A DNA stretch of 63,137 nt, the filler included, from Nemertoderma westbladi (Eukaryota; Animalia; Xenacoelomorpha): NCBI GenBank assembly GCA_032718475.1. It is 4 parts of 4 records of this genome, joined end to end, with 100 filler letters (N's around TTAATTAATTAA, not from the genome) between each part and the next. Parts side by side here need not be neighbours in the genome. Positions count along the whole stretch, not along the records: positions 24,490 to 46,903 come from JAUCBJ010001411.1; positions 47,004 to 55,060 come from JAUCBJ010000679.1; positions 55,161 to 63,137 come from JAUCBJ010001299.1; 1 more part is not named here. One strand, given 5' to 3'. A program made the translations under genes and the position numbers. The notes beneath the pieces are model-generated. The model ran no database searches. It was not told the origin of the DNA and worked only from the letters and a program-made list of their open reading frames with translations. Shown piece after piece: positions 43,330-56,237 of this stretch (position 1 is its first letter; the number at the start of each line of letters is the position of its first letter).

Positions 43330-46014
43330 TTACCTGGAAGATTGCCATTTGTCTTCAAATTTTTGAAGCAGGGGCAACTTCTGTTTTGCAGGATCACCAG
43401 TCATATTAATGTCCATTGGATTGCCTTGCCTATGGTGACGGATATTGTCACTGAGGTTCCTACCGCCGACGCCGCCTCCGTCATATTCTTGGGCCGTACG
43501 GGCTGACGGATCCTGTGGGTATCTTTGGGCCGTATGGGCTGACGGATCCTGTGGGTATCTTTGGGCCCTATGGGGTGAAGGATCATGGAGGTATCTTTGG
43601 GTTGTATGGGGTGACGGATCCTGTGGGTATCTTTGGGTTGTATGGGGTGACGGATCCTGTGGGTATCTTTGGGTTGTATGGGGTGACGGATCCTGTGGGT
43701 ATCTTTGGGTTGTATGGGGTGATGGATCCTGCGGGTATCTTTGGGTTGTATGGGGTGAAGGATCCTGTGGGTATCTTTGGGATGTATGGGGTGAAGGATC
43801 CTGTGGGTATCTTTTGGTTGTATGGGGTGATGGATCCTGTGGGTATCTTTGGGTTGTATGGGGTGAAGGATCCTGTGGGTATCTTTGGGATGTATGGGGT
43901 GAAGGATCCTGTGGGTATCTTTGGGTTGTATGTGGTGAGGGGTCCATCTCAATAGGGACTATTTGCCTTGTATGGTGTGGGGGGTCACGTGGGAACTGTT
44001 GACTTTGGGATGATCCACCGGACCTCCTACTATTTTCACCTCGGGAATTATCATCATCATTGGATATATCCACAACGACATGACCAGACCTTTCTCTATT
44101 GCCACTGGATGTGGATTGCTGATTATCCTTATGAATATCAATTGATTCCTCTGACCTTTCTAATGCTGTATTAGTTTCAAAATTAGACATTGACACCATA
44201 CTGGGATTTAATTTCTGCATTCTGTACTTAATTAACGCCTGTGTTAACGCGTTAGAAACTTCAAAAGCCATTCCTGCTTCTTCTTCATTTGTTATTACAC
44301 AGTTGGTTAGACTCTTAAGGAAATTCTGCATTGCCTTAACTTTACCTATCTTATGGGATTCTGAGCTCAATACTGATTCTGTTTCAATATTGTTGGTAAT
44401 TGGCAATTTACTTTGTTGAATATTTTTTCTTTTTTTTGTGAACGCCTTTTTATATTCACTCCAATATACTTTACGGAATTCTACTTCGAGAACTAACTTC
44501 TCAGTTTCAATCTCCCTACGTTTTCGATGATAGCTCACATGTAGAGGATCAATCACCGATAGACTCTCCTCCAAATTTCGTACCTTTTTATTATATTCAA
44601 GAACAATCGGCTGTAACTCTTTCTCGATTTCTGGGTCGAGATTCTGAAAGTCGATTTCTTCTATTGCCACCTCATCAACTCCATGATTCTCCAATCTCCT
44701 TTCCATGTCTTCTATTCTCCTACGTTCTTTCTCTTGTTCCTTCTTTCGTTCATCCTCGCGTTCCTTTTCCTTTTTCAGAACAGTTTCCTCCAATTGCTTA
44801 AAACGTTCCTCGAACACAATTCCCCAATTTGGACCCGTATCAATCACCCCCGGAGCATCTTGAACTCGATGTGAAGCAATTTTAGCTGGAGGCAGACCAA
44901 ATGTCTGAAATTCTCTATGCTCAATCCAACTGGCCTTTCGCTTCACACAATCTCGCCAGGACTTATTGCGATCCCATCCTGCCCATTCAAATTGAAGACT
45001 AGGTGGGCCTGTCTCATCCCAATTATCAACTCTCTTAGGAACCTTAGGAACATGAACTGCATTATCACCCACTTCTTTAATTGTAATCTTTTGTCTGCCG
45101 TAGTAATCTTCTATATTCTTAGACAGTTTCGCTATCATATCTACCATACCACCTCCTTTTTTTAATTGGGAACTCATAAAGTAATACTGTTCGATGAAAT
45201 TTTCTTTGATATAATACATTCTGTGCTTAAAGCCAAGAAGGTGTACAGCAATCGTATGCTCATTACACTTGGCGTCGCAGAGAGTACATCGGTAGTTAGC
45301 CATGTTATTTTCATGAGGTCTTAAATCAATAACATATTCAATGCCTATCAATGGATCTTTGCAAGTTTCCACATTGGCATATAAATGTGGGTTCTGATAA
45401 GATGATTTCTTCACACTCGCCAATGCCGGATTAGCTGCCTGTTGTGCGAGTTTTTTCTTGTGCACTTTGCCTATCATGTGAGCTTGATATGAGATAAACC
45501 CGGTGCATTCGATATCACAGACTGCACATCGAATTTTATTGACATCCTGATTTGGATTGTCCAGGACAGGCCCTATATTGACCGCAACATTAGTCCCTTT
45601 AACCTCAGAGGGGGGTACCAATTCACTGTCCTCAATATTTACTATTGCAGGAGCTGGCTTTAGAGAAGATGACTGATCATCAAGTTTTTTCATTCCTTTC
45701 CATGGGTCAAAGTTCTTTGGTTTTGTCGGTGGTGGAATCTTGGGATTGGATTGATGTCGATCCTTGGGATAATCTGGTTGAGCCCGGACGTATTTTCTCC
45801 TGTCTGCGTGTACGAATGCATGAGAAGGGACTTGTTCTGATCTATTATTCCTAGGCGGTTGGTTATCCTGGTAAGATGAGTCTTTTTTCCTCTCTGATTT
45901 AAGTATATGCGACATGTTTGAACAATGTTTAAAATAGGCCGAAGACGATTTACACTCAACATTGCAAACCTCACAATAAATACTCTCTTCTATTTCTCCA
46001 GACATATTTATCAT
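43330..46014 (-). CDS. Multi zinc-finger protein (U1/matrin-like C2H2 fingers plus a PLIGxEY-type finger), coiled coil and C-terminal 12-aa repeats; ~894 aa in one exon
   Basis: CEVCNVEC..H..H, CAVCDIECTGFISYQAHMIGKVHKKK, PLIGIEYV..CTLC..HLLGFKHR. Acceptor TTTTGCAG at 46035 precedes the ATG. A possible donor CAG|GTAACT coincides with the stop. Confidence 0.8.
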   Translation of the reverse strand: MINMSGEIEESIYCEVCNVECKSSSAYFKHCSNMSHILKSERKKDSSYQDNQPPRNNRSEQVPSHAFVHADRRKYVRAQPDYPKDRHQSNPKIPPPTKPKNFDPWKGMKKLDDQSSSLKPAPAIVNIEDSELVPPSEVKGTNVAVNIGPVLDNPNQDVNKIRCAVCDIECTGFISYQAHMIGKVHKKKLAQQAANPALASVKKSSYQNPHLYANVETCKDPLIGIEYVIDLRPHENNMANYRCTLCDAKCNEHTIAVHLLGFKHRMYYIKENFIEQYYFMSSQLKKGGGMVDMIAKLSKNIEDYYGRQKITIKEVGDNAVHVPKVPKRVDNWDETGPPSLQFEWAGWDRNKSWRDCVKRKASWIEHREFQTFGLPPAKIASHRVQDAPGVIDTGPNWGIVFEERFKQLEETVLKKEKEREDERKKEQEKERRRIEDMERRLENHGVDEVAIEEIDFQNLDPEIEKELQPIVLEYNKKVRNLEESLSVIDPLHVSYHRKRREIETEKLVLEVEFRKVYWSEYKKAFTKKRKNIQQSKLPITNNIETESVLSSESHKIGKVKAMQNFLKSLTNCVITNEEEAGMAFEVSNALTQALIKYRMQKLNPSMVSMSNFETNTALERSEESIDIHKDNQQSTSSGNRERSGHVVVDISNDDDNSRGENSRRSGGSSQSQQFPRDPPHHTRQIVPIEMDPSPHTTQRYPQDPSPHTSQRYPQDPSPHTTQRYPQDPSPHTTKRYPQDPSPHTSQRYPQDPSPHTTQRYPQDPSPHTTQRYPQDPSPHTTQRYPQDPSPHTTQRYPQDPSPHTTQRYLHDPSPHRAQRYPQDPSAHTAQRYPQDPSARTAQEYDGGGVGGRNLSDNIRHHRQGNPMDINMTGDPAKQKLPLLQKFEDKWQSSR
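43487..43950 (-). repeat. 36-bp coding minisatellite (RYPQDPSPHTTQ, ~13 copies)
   Basis: In-frame tandem repeat visible in both DNA and protein. Confidence 0.95.
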
Positions 46015-46903
46015 TAGTTTTTTTTCTCTCGACACTGCAAAAGAAGGTGGAAAATAATTTATTGTGTGGCGTATATCCAACAAATGTTTTTGATTTTAAA
46101 GAAACTTCATAAAGTTTGATCACTGAAGACTGACAAATTTGTATTAAATGTATAATATGAGATTGGCAAAATACGATGATTGATATGCCAACTACACAAT
46201 ACAACATATTTATTCTTCACCAGGTCCCTATAGGCGGTGTGAATACAAAGGTTTTGTCAGTCGTCAGTGATATAACTTTTTTAAATTATATGTTTTGTAA
46301 TGTTATTGGACGAATGTAGAACTAAATATACAATCGTCGGTAACATTACTTTACGAGAAAACATATATTTAACTTATTTAAGGTATACAACTACTATTCA
46401 GAATTAGAAAAATTATTATTCGAAAAGTAGAAATCAATGTAATGCAATTCAATGCAATGCAATGCAATGCAAACATAAGACACCATACATTAAATTATTG
46501 TGAAACCCAATCAATTTTTTCCTGATAAGATTTATCATTATTAAATTCTATTCGGAATACCTAGGACGGCGGCGTGGAACGGGATGCGTTTATAGTACGA
46601 TAATGTCATTCTGTGTTTATATATGCGCATCCACGTAGACAGTGCGAAGGGTAATAAAGAAATGATGTCCCATATAAATCAAACTCATAAAGATCCGTTA
46701 CGGTTCACTTCTGCCATTCCCAAGTAGCAGCGCACTCTAATTTATATCATTGTTTAATCTGACAAAAACTTTTTATTAAGAAACAAACTCGTCTCCACTA
46801 CGGAACTCATCTTCGCTCTGATATAAAAATCGCCCTATAACGACATGAAAACAATTGTCAATAATAACATCGTTTCAATGTCCAGCGGAACACCTTTCAT
46901 GTT

Positions 46904-47003
46904 NNNNNNNNNNNNNNNNNNNNNNNNNNNNNNNNNNNNNNNNNNNNTTAATTAATTAANNNNNNNNNNNNNNNNNNNNNNNNNNNNNNNNNNNNNNNNN
47001 NNN
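46904..47003. other. Assembly gap with six-frame-stop linker
   Basis: 44 N + TTAATTAATTAA + 44 N. Confidence 0.97.
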
Positions 47004-47119
47004 GTTTAATTATAAGGACATATATCCTTTAACGCACCTGGCTTTTAATCGCTGCTAATTGATCATACATACTGACTGCTGAAACATTGCAAACTCATAA
47101 CAATCAGTGTTCAGTTGTT

Positions 47120-47791
47120 GTTTTATACTGCTATTTACTGTCAGTTCTTCATAATATGGTTGATGAATTATTATATTTGGAATAACGATAAATAACCCCA
47201 AAACCCAATATTCTTGATATACCGAAGGTAAGAGAGAAGGGTTACAGATAAACGATTGTGACTTATGTTAAAGTGGTTTGAAGTGAATCTCATGTTATTT
47301 GATAGACCCTACATAAGTCAGTCTGTGTTCCTTTTATATGTGACTAAAATCAGTGAAGATTGGCAGATTAGTGTGCAGTATTGTGCAGCATTGTGTATGA
47401 GTGAGTCTGTTAAAGAAGCAATTCCTAAAGAATGCGCCATATATGTGAATTATAATTAAGCCATATCGTTGTGAGTAGTTTAAGTCATAACTCTGTTTAT
47501 ATAGATAAAGCGCCACGTCCTAAAGGAACTGTTAATATTCCCGAAGGTGAATAATATTGTCAGAGATTATATAATACTGTCAGTCGAATAATACATTAGG
47601 CTTACATAGCAATAAAATTAAACCGTCGAACCCAATCTCCCGGGAATATCCAGCGGGTGAATGATCGCGCACAGATTGGTTTCGACTAGTGTAGTGAATC
47701 AAATACTTGTCATAGACTAAAAACCGATTTAATATCTAGAAGACATCTTAATTTGGTGGGTTAAACTGCCAAAGGTCTGAAAGCGCGAACA
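47120..47791 (+). mobile_element. LTR family S copy 4 (5' end probably in the gap)
   Basis: Reverse-complement homolog of 12223-12885; ends AAAGCGCGAACA. Confidence 0.85.
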
Positions 47792-49807
47792 GTTATCGAA
47801 AGGGGAGCCTTCGGGTCACCTCCGGCCTCGGCCGACTGTGTGCTTGCTTGCTACTCTACTGTAGGCCTATGTGTCACAAATGTCAAACATTGATGTCCGA
47901 ATTTGATTTTCTTTAATGATTGATTTAATGATATATGCTTGGTTCATTCAGACGTATCTTTTTGTATATCCCCAGGATGTCTCACTATATGGGGATGTCC
48001 CCAAATAGGGACATTTGGGGACATATACCACTATATCAGGCCAAATCACCTAATTAATTTTGAATTGAAATTCAACCTTAGAACAATGCGACGTGATTTA
48101 ATATTATTCAACATTGAAATATATTAAAATATATAAATGAAATGAATTTTTTCAACATTGAGATATAATTTAAATATATACAACATACTGATATTATTTA
48201 ACTAATTATTATTATGTGAATATAAAAAGTTATTCACTTCTACTGTAATTGACTTTCAATTCAACTTTACTTTAGATCAACTTTAATAGTAACTGAATCC
48301 GACTGGGCGTTATCAGTCGGTTGTATAATATATCGTAACGTAGCAATCTATACGCGGAAGTGTAAGTTTATTTGCAAACCTGAAACTTTTTATGTATTAT
48401 TGACATGTTATGTGTTGAAAATTATTATTCATCTAGTAATCCCTTCACCATGGCGACTAGTGAATGAGTCACACCTTTGATCTCCAGCTTTGAGGTCCCG
48501 TGTTCGATCCGATGTCAAGTCTGTAACCAGTCTGGTGTCATAGCAACGACTTATACTTTAGAACTTTACATAGAAACCGCGCACTCTACCGAGTTTTTCA
48601 AGCTCTAAAAAATGTTTAAAATCTTTTGGAGGTAATTGAAAAAATGTAGTTTCAGTGCTCCCACCAAATGCGTTTTTTAATTCTTGGCGCTGTTTCTAAA
48701 ATTTCGCGGGATTTGACTATTATTTAGCAAAAACTATGAAAATTGTGTTATTTCAAAATTTTCCACTCAATAGAATGAAATTTATAAATCTTTTAAGTTG
48801 TAACTTCAATTATAATGGTGGCGATATAAATAACTTGTATAAGTTGCGCCTGTTCCTTCTGAAGGGAACTTTTTAGTTTACTTTGCTACATTACGTTCCT
48901 TTTAAATCTAGTCAGATTAATTATTGTGAAGAATGATAGAACCAGACAGCATTCCCGACTGGGCTCTGATAATAATAATATTTGTCGACTATGAAAAGAA
49001 AAATTGAAAAATTTGTAGACTTATATAAATATTTCATACATTTAATATTTTTCTGACCTAAAAAGATATTGACGCAAAATAGGAAAGCGAGGCATATCGG
49101 TCTACTTATTTTCAACCACTTTTCTCTCCCATTTTTTTTATTTGATATTCGCGTAAATTTTCATACATTTATGGGGTGTGTACAAAACATAGACCTAAGA
49201 CCTAAGCTCCTACAAAAGTAAGACCCCCCTGGTACAAAAGTAAGACCCCCCCCAGGTACAAAAGTAAGACCCCCACTGGTACAAAAGTAAGACCCCCCTG
49301 GTACAAAAGTAAGACCCCCCCTGGTACGAAAGTAAGACTCCCCTGGTACAAAAGTAAGACCCCCTGGTACAAAAGTAAGACCCCCCTGGTACAAAAGTAA
49401 GACCCCCCCTGTAAAAGCTTTTGCGGACAAAATAAGTCATTTTGCGCAATATGCGCTAAATACTCTAAAAGGCTTATAATTGTACAACTACGTGTCTGTC
49501 AAAAAACTCAGAGTTGGGATGACAAAATCTACCAGCTGTTCCTTTGTGTGAGGAATCTGTTTTGTTGACATATATTTCAGCCAATCAGAGCGATCTAACT
49601 TCCTCTGTTTACAGTGGCCTATAAGAAATGACGCAATGCGGCAAATTCTGAGAATTCATTCATTCAGAATTCATTCATTCGGACATTCTGACTTTTGCCC
49701 TAACATCAGTGGCCTAGAGAGTCATAAGAACGCAAATCTATTAACTCTCAACGCATCATACGTAACACTGCACCTGACTCGCACAAACTGCAATACTGAT
49801 GTTGCAT

Positions 49808-50892
49808 GATACTGATGAAATTATTGCAGCAATCAGATCAGTATACGATGGTTCGACAACATTTGTGTCTACTGTTGACGGTGACACAGAACCATTTGAA
49901 GTGTTATGGGGCGTCCTCCAAGGAGACACACTTGCAACATTCTTGTTCATTATTGTGGTTGACTATGTTCTACGCATGTCCTTAGATCATCATAATGATG
50001 ATGGGGTGATGATAACTCCACCTACTGGCTCCAGAAGTCGAGGAAATCCTGCCAAGTACCTAACTGATCTAGACTATGCTGATGACTTAGGAGTACTCTC
50101 AGAATCATTAGAGGGAGCCCCACGGCTCCTCAGCTCATTAGAACATGCTGCTTCTCGTGTTGGTCTTTTTATTAACTCCAGAAAGACCAAAATCCTGACC
50201 GTTAACTTTGAAAGTCCTCAGCAAGTCTCTGATCGGATGAGCATAAGCTCAAAGGATGGTATGCTTGAGCATGTGGACGACTTCTGTTACCTGGGATCGT
50301 GGGTCCGGAAGTCAGGTGAGGACCTTCGAATACGTAAGGGAAAGGCATGGACAGCCTTGAATGGGCTTTCCAGGATTTGGAAATCACCGAGAATTAATCG
50401 GAAACTTAAGGTCCGATTATTTAGAGCAGCAGTAGTTCCAGTACACCTCTACGGGAGTCCATGCTGGGCTCTAACTGCTGAGGACACCAAATCTCTGGAT
50501 GGCACATTCACAAGAATGCTACGCCGGGTTCATTGTGTCAAGTACAATGCACACATCTCCAACCAGACACTATATAACATTGGAGGTGTCTCATTGGTTC
50601 CCCCAAGCTTGACACTAGAACAAAATCGCCTCCGCTTTGCAGGACATTGCTTTCGCCGTGAGGACCAGCCAGTGCATAATCTTGTACTTTGGCAGCCTCA
50701 TGGAGTGAATAAGCATGGTGGGCAGCCCATGACTTTCTTGAGACGCATCTTAAAGGACACTGGCCTTAAAGATGCGGATGATCTAGCAAATGTCATGGGT
50801 GATAGGGAGTTTTGGCGGTGCAATTTTGTTGACAAGCCGGCACAGCATTCTTAAAAATGCAGCTGCAATGCAGCATGCCGATCTTAGTAGTA
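49808..50892 (+). mobile_element. 5'-truncated RTE-clade LINE with open RT C-terminal frame
   Basis: GVLQGDTLA, DLDYADD; (TAG)n tail; TSD GATGTTGCAT at 49798-49807 and 50893-50902. Confidence 0.92.
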
Positions 50893-51436
50893 GATGTTGC
50901 ATCGTTAACACCGTTTTTTACTGTTTTATACTATTGTTAATTGTTATATATTAATGGTTGTTATATTTGGAGAATACTGATGAATAATCGTTAAATCCCC
51001 CTTAACTTTCTTAATTACTGAGGTAAGCAGAAGGGTGTATCAGTAGCAATTGTGGCTCAATTTATAGTGGTCTGTGTGAATTTAATGTTATTTCAAAACC
51101 CCCAACGTATGTGAGTCTCAATCCTCCTTATATATGACTAAAATCAGTGGCAGACGGCAAATCAGTGTGCGTTAGTGTGAATATTAGTGTAGAGTGTTAG
51201 TGTGAAGGTTAATAAAGCATTCCTAAAGAATGCGCCATTTGCGCTATCCTATTGCCACTAGTTGTAATTAGTGTCAGTCATAACTCTGCTTGATACTTAA
51301 AGCGCCAAGTCCTAAAGGAACTGTTAATATTTCCCCGAAAGTAAATATAGTTGTCGGAGATTATATGGTAGTGATCAATCGAATATTTCAAAGTAGCCTA
51401 CTGCAATACTGCTCCCTCTTTATAACAGAATCCAGT

Positions 51437-53798
51437 AAGGAAAACTAGAGTATACTCTCTGTAGCCGAGTAGGGGCACTTATTCCACGCGGTGGTACTCG
51501 TCTGATCCCGACGTATATATAATCATGGCCCTCTACCCAATGTAACATGCGAATAAATCGGTATGCGTACAGGCGTATAAGCTACATGATTGTCATACTC
51601 GTGCGTATGCGAGATTCAATGAGGGATCTCATGCAATTTGTGTCATGCTGAGAAATGAAGGGGTCCCAGTATCGTAGGAGGCATCTTTATCACCATTACC
51701 CCAACTTGTCTGCGTAAATAGCCAGTATCATCTATATCATATAGATGATTGGGGCACTCATAGATTGATGTAATAATGTATCTTCTAAACCCCATTCAAA
51801 AATCATGGACCTCTACCACTGCATTATATAGTCGAAAAGCCAAATCCTTGATATCTCAGTCAATTTAAATATTTCAAACACCATTACAGAAATGGATTTA
51901 ATTGGCTCAATTTATTTCATTATATTTGGTTAGGCCCCATAATCATTTCATTCCAGTATAGAATTTATTTCTTTGAAATTGGCACTACAAATTGAATATA
52001 AAAAATTGTAATAGTAAATGATATATGGGGTAAATTTGGAGATCAAATATGCCATATGGGTTTTTGGTTTTGTTGTTTTTCATATTATCTTCAAATAAAA
52101 AAAACTTGATGGAATAGTCATTGTGGCGTGCAAACCGCTTTAAAAAAAGATCCTTTCCTGACATCAAAGAGCATTATTATTTAAAGTAATAATAGCTCAC
52201 GTATGGTATTTTGAGTATTTGGCCTCTCGATGATATTACATTGAAGCATCTCAAAGTGACAATATATATTTAATCAGCTTTAAGAATATATTAACTTTTC
52301 ATCAGTTAAGTGAGATGTAGAAATTACTACTAATGCATTGCATCGACTCATCGACTCACAAACCATAGTCAAATATATTTCATTTAATTATGATTATTTA
52401 ATAATAATAAATATTGACATCTAATATATAATTATAAAATCAAGCAGGCAAATCCCTAATATCACAATATATGGGTTTATTATATATGATACAATGCTGT
52501 TGGAAATGTTGATAGGGTAGGTTTTCCCATGTAATAGCCTGTCAAGATACTATTAATAAATTCATTCGATGGATCATATTTGAATGGAAAATATAATTTT
52601 GTATTTCAATAATATGCAAGTAAGATTCTGTTAGATAGACAATTTAGGCAAAGAGGTTTACTACCCCCAACCCAATAAATATAGTTACAATGAAAATCAC
52701 CACCCCCAACCCGACCACCTCCCCAAGGTCGCTCCGGTCGCTTCGCTCCCTACGCTCCACTATTGCAATGTTAGCAAATTCCCAAGTTCTTTAATAAAAA
52801 ATTATATTTTGAGTATAGGTAAAGTTGTATATATTGATATATTGGCAAAACTACTCAACGTATTCAAAATCTGAATATAGCATTAGAAATGCATTGTATA
52901 GGAGAACATTTCTTACACTAAAAGATTTTCCATATCTGTTATAGTTTTTGAAATAGTCAGACATGAGCGAAGGATATATCAAATATTTATAGTAAAGTCT
53001 GATTTCACCAGTAGCTGTCATCGTCAATATGGATTGTCATATATCGTTAGAAACGGGTGATCAAACTGTACATTCACATTTTTTCAAAAACAAAATTCGA
53101 TGATCAGTTCTAGAGTTATTGTCAAATTACGGAAGGCTAATTTTGGAGGACCATATCACCGGTACCATTAGGCCTATTGAGTTAGAATCGATTTTAATCT
53201 ACTTGAGACATTCCTGTAAGTGTTTTTTAGTTTGAAAGTTTCATTCTAAAATGAATAGAAATAATTTTACCAAATTCCGATCTTTCGATCATATTGTAGA
53301 CCAGTTTTGACCTTGAAGAATTAACTTTTTCTGAAATTTTGTTTGACGTACCCCCCCTAAGTCGATGATGAGGAACACTTTTGCTGTGTTACACTTTTCG
53401 ATACGGTGACTCCTTCTGCGTCCGATTTGCCAAAAAACACGATCTTTGTACGATCGGCCATAATTGACCCTGAAAAAATGTATCAACTAAAATTTCGAAA
53501 TATGCAAAAGTTGCTCCTACCCCCAAGCTATCATATCATAAAAAAAAATTTGGGGGTCAAGCCTTTCGTTTTCGAGTTATTTAGAAAAAACTGAAAAATA
53601 TGATCTTTTACGATCAGGGCCAGATCAGGCACTTCTATTGCAGTTGATGGAATTTCCTTCTTATGGGAGGTACTCCTAACATTGTTCTATCGAATTATAA
53701 AAAAAAAATCGGGGGTCAAGCCTTTCGTTCTCGAGTTATTCGAGTTACCGTAACCTGATCTTTTGATCTTTTACGCGATCTTCGGGAGCCCTTTTGAC
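51437..53798. mobile_element. 2.4-kb non-coding insertion flanked by 13-bp direct repeats
   Basis: AACAGAATCCAGT at 51424-51436 and 53799-53811; internal duplication GGGGGTCAAGCCTTTCGTT near the right end. Confidence 0.6.
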
Positions 53799-54959
53799 AA
53801 CAGAATCCAGTCTCCTACATTCGTGGGTCATACGCCGCGCTAGACTGGCTTCAGCTGATGTCAATTAGTACGGGCAATAGTCAATTCATAAGACACTTAA
53901 ATTAGCAGGTTAAACTGTTAAAGGTCTAAATATTCCTTAATCAAAGAGTCATATTGGGTTTTAGCAGTGAATTTCACTTTAGTATGTAAAGTAATAAGTC
54001 AAGTAGGTTTGATGTCAAGAATGAGTTAGATTTTTAAGCTTAGATATAGAAAACGGCTTGGGATAATGACCCAAATGTGAATTATTTAGTTATAAAATAC
54101 TCACGAGATAATACCGAATTTGTATTTTGTTTTAATAGATAGTTTTGCTGTGCTGTGTTGTTTTAATTGTAGTTAAATAACAATTTTTATCAACTCAACT
54201 AGGAAATGGTAATGGGTCTTGGCGGTCTTACCTTTGTACTTTATACCATTACTTTTGGTTTTGTACCAGGGCGGTCTTACTTTTGTACCAGGGGGGGTCT
54301 TACTTTTGTACCAGGGCGGTCTTACTTTTGTACCAGGGGGGGGGGTCTTACTTTTGTACCTGGGGTGTCTTGCTTTTGTACCTGGGGGGTCTTACTTTTG
54401 TACCTGGGCGGTCTTACTTTTGTACCTGGGGGGGGGGTCTTACTTTTGTGCCAGGGGGTATGGTGTCTTACTTTTGTACCAGGGGCGTCTTACTTTTGTA
54501 CTTGGGTGTCTTACTTTTGTACCTGGGGGGTCTTACTTTTGTACCTGGGGGGGGTCTTACTTTTGTACCAGGGGGGTCTTACTTTTGTACCAGGGGGGGT
54601 CTTACTTTTGTACCAGGGGGTCTTACTTTTGTACCAGGGGGGGGGGTCTTACTTTTGTACCAGGAGGGGTCTTACTTTTGTACCAGGGGGGTCGTACTTT
54701 TGTACCTGGGGGTCTTACTTTTGTACCAGGAGGGGGGGTCTAACTTTTGTACCAGGGGGGTCTTACTTTTGTAGGGTCTTATGTCTTTGTTTTGTACATA
54801 CCCTACATTTATGCCTTCTAATGAAGGCATAAATGTATCTAGGCGCCCCCGAACCCTCCCCCTGGGTCCTCCCCCCCCCTGCACCCTCGGGGCCCCCCAC
54901 GCGGTCCGCCCTCGCGCCCCCTCTCCCGCCCCCCACAGAAACCCCGCCCCCCCTGGGCG

Positions 54960-55050
54960 ACACTTGTAAGCGTATGCCTTCATCATGGCGTGGAAGTGAA
55001 TGCGGTTGGGTACCACCCCTAGCTGTCGCATCCCGTTCCTTACTTCGTTC
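54960..55050 (-). pseudogene. Possible pentatricopeptide-repeat (PPR) coding fragment
   Basis: MRQLGVVPNRIHFHAMMKAYA resembles the PPR consensus M...G..P....(Y/F)..L...Y. It is very short and abuts the gap. Confidence 0.35.
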
Positions 55051-55060
55051 TACTCTGTTG

Positions 55061-55160
55061 NNNNNNNNNNNNNNNNNNNNNNNNNNNNNNNNNNNNNNNN
55101 NNNNTTAATTAATTAANNNNNNNNNNNNNNNNNNNNNNNNNNNNNNNNNNNNNNNNNNNN
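55061..55160. other. Assembly gap with six-frame-stop linker
   Basis: 44 N + TTAATTAATTAA + 44 N. Confidence 0.97.
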
Positions 55161-56237
55161 AATAGATTATCTACGAAATGTTATCTACAGCCATGCAATG
55201 GATCGGAAAAAATAAATTATTAATTCCATACTTAGCCCACATTTTGGATGATTTTTTCATGGCTGCCAATGATCGAAACACGTGTTTAGGACAACTGCAG
55301 GCATTTCAAAAAATGTGCCATGATGTAGGTATTCCGTTATCTGCCGAAAAAACTATTGGTCCATTTCAGGTAATTGCCTTTTTGGGTATCGAACTAGATT
55401 CAATGAATCAAGTCGCGAGACTTCCTATTGAGAAGTTACAAAAATCGTTTTCGGTCATTAATAACATTAAATCTAAACGGTGGGTCACAAAACGTGATCT
55501 GTTGTCAGCGATAGGATTATTAAACTTTGCAAAGTCAATAATAATTTCTTTGTCAAGTGATTATTCCGGGCCGAGCCTTTTTACGGAGGCTGATTTATCT
55601 GTCTACCACTGTTACTCGTTTACACCATCGAGTCCGACTAAAGAAGTGGGCGAGAGCCGATCTCAATGCCTGGGAAATGTTCTTGAAACACTATAACGGT
55701 TGTACAATGTTTATTGATGACTTCTGGACATCCAATGATACAATTGAACTCTTTTCAGATGCTGCACAAACTAAGGGTTACGGGGCTATTTTCGGGTCAC
55801 AAAGGTTTTATGGTGAATGGCCTGATCGTTGGAAGGAGTGCAGCAATATTTCTCTTCTTGAATTGTACCCAATTATGGTGATGCTCGAGATTTGGGGCCC
55901 GCTACTGATAGGAAAAAGGGTCATTTTCCGTACAGATAATGAAGGACTGGTATCAATTTTAAATAACAAATCCTCCAAGGACCACTATATTATGATATTG
56001 GTGCGCAAAATTGTAATAGCATCAATGCATCATAACCTTTTATTCCGAGCCAACCATATACCTGGAAAGTTTAACTCTAAATGCGATCTTCTTTCACGTC
56101 TACAGGTAGAATCATTTATGGCGATTTCCCCGAACGCCAACAAGGAACCAACGCTAATCCCTCGGGATCTACTGCCCAACGATTACTTCTTCGATACACA
56201 CAACCCATTGACGCGGCGTGGGAGGAGACTACTTTGA
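55161..56237 (+). mobile_element. DIRS/Ngaro retrotransposon RT-RNase H (partial, frameshift near 55550)
   Basis: HILDDFF, FLGIELDS, IIPGRAFLRRL, FSDAA, LLELYPI, RTDNE, HIPGKFNSKCDLLSR. Confidence 0.9.

Larger units (their letters stand above)
49410..53930 (+). mobile_element. LTR family S copy 5, more diverged, split by an RTE LINE and a 2.4-kb insertion
   Basis: Starts TGTAAAAGCTTTTGCG; CCAATCAGAGCG at 49581; conserved blocks at 51130-51436 and 53799-53930; the last ~10 nt are missing. Confidence 0.75.
49174..54803. mobile_element. Mutator/foldback-like non-autonomous element with tandem-repeat arms and nested cargo
   Basis: Termini GGGTGTGTACAAAACA...TGTTTTGTACATACCC; 10-bp TSD TACATTTATG (49164-49173 and 54804-54813); inverted arrays of a ~20-bp unit GGTACAAAAGTAAGACCCCCC at 49210-49409 and 54222-54780. 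Confidence 0.85.

Noticed and set aside
43401-44002. Alternative-frame and antisense ORFs over the 36-bp repeat, and shadow ORFs over LRRC6, CCT5, Gypsy and CRE
   Set aside because: Explained by repeat periodicity and GC-rich codon bias; no independent motifs.
54206-54832. Three overlapping ORFs (also 49161-49449)
   Set aside because: Translations of the GGTCTTACTTTTGTACC repeat arms of the foldback element.
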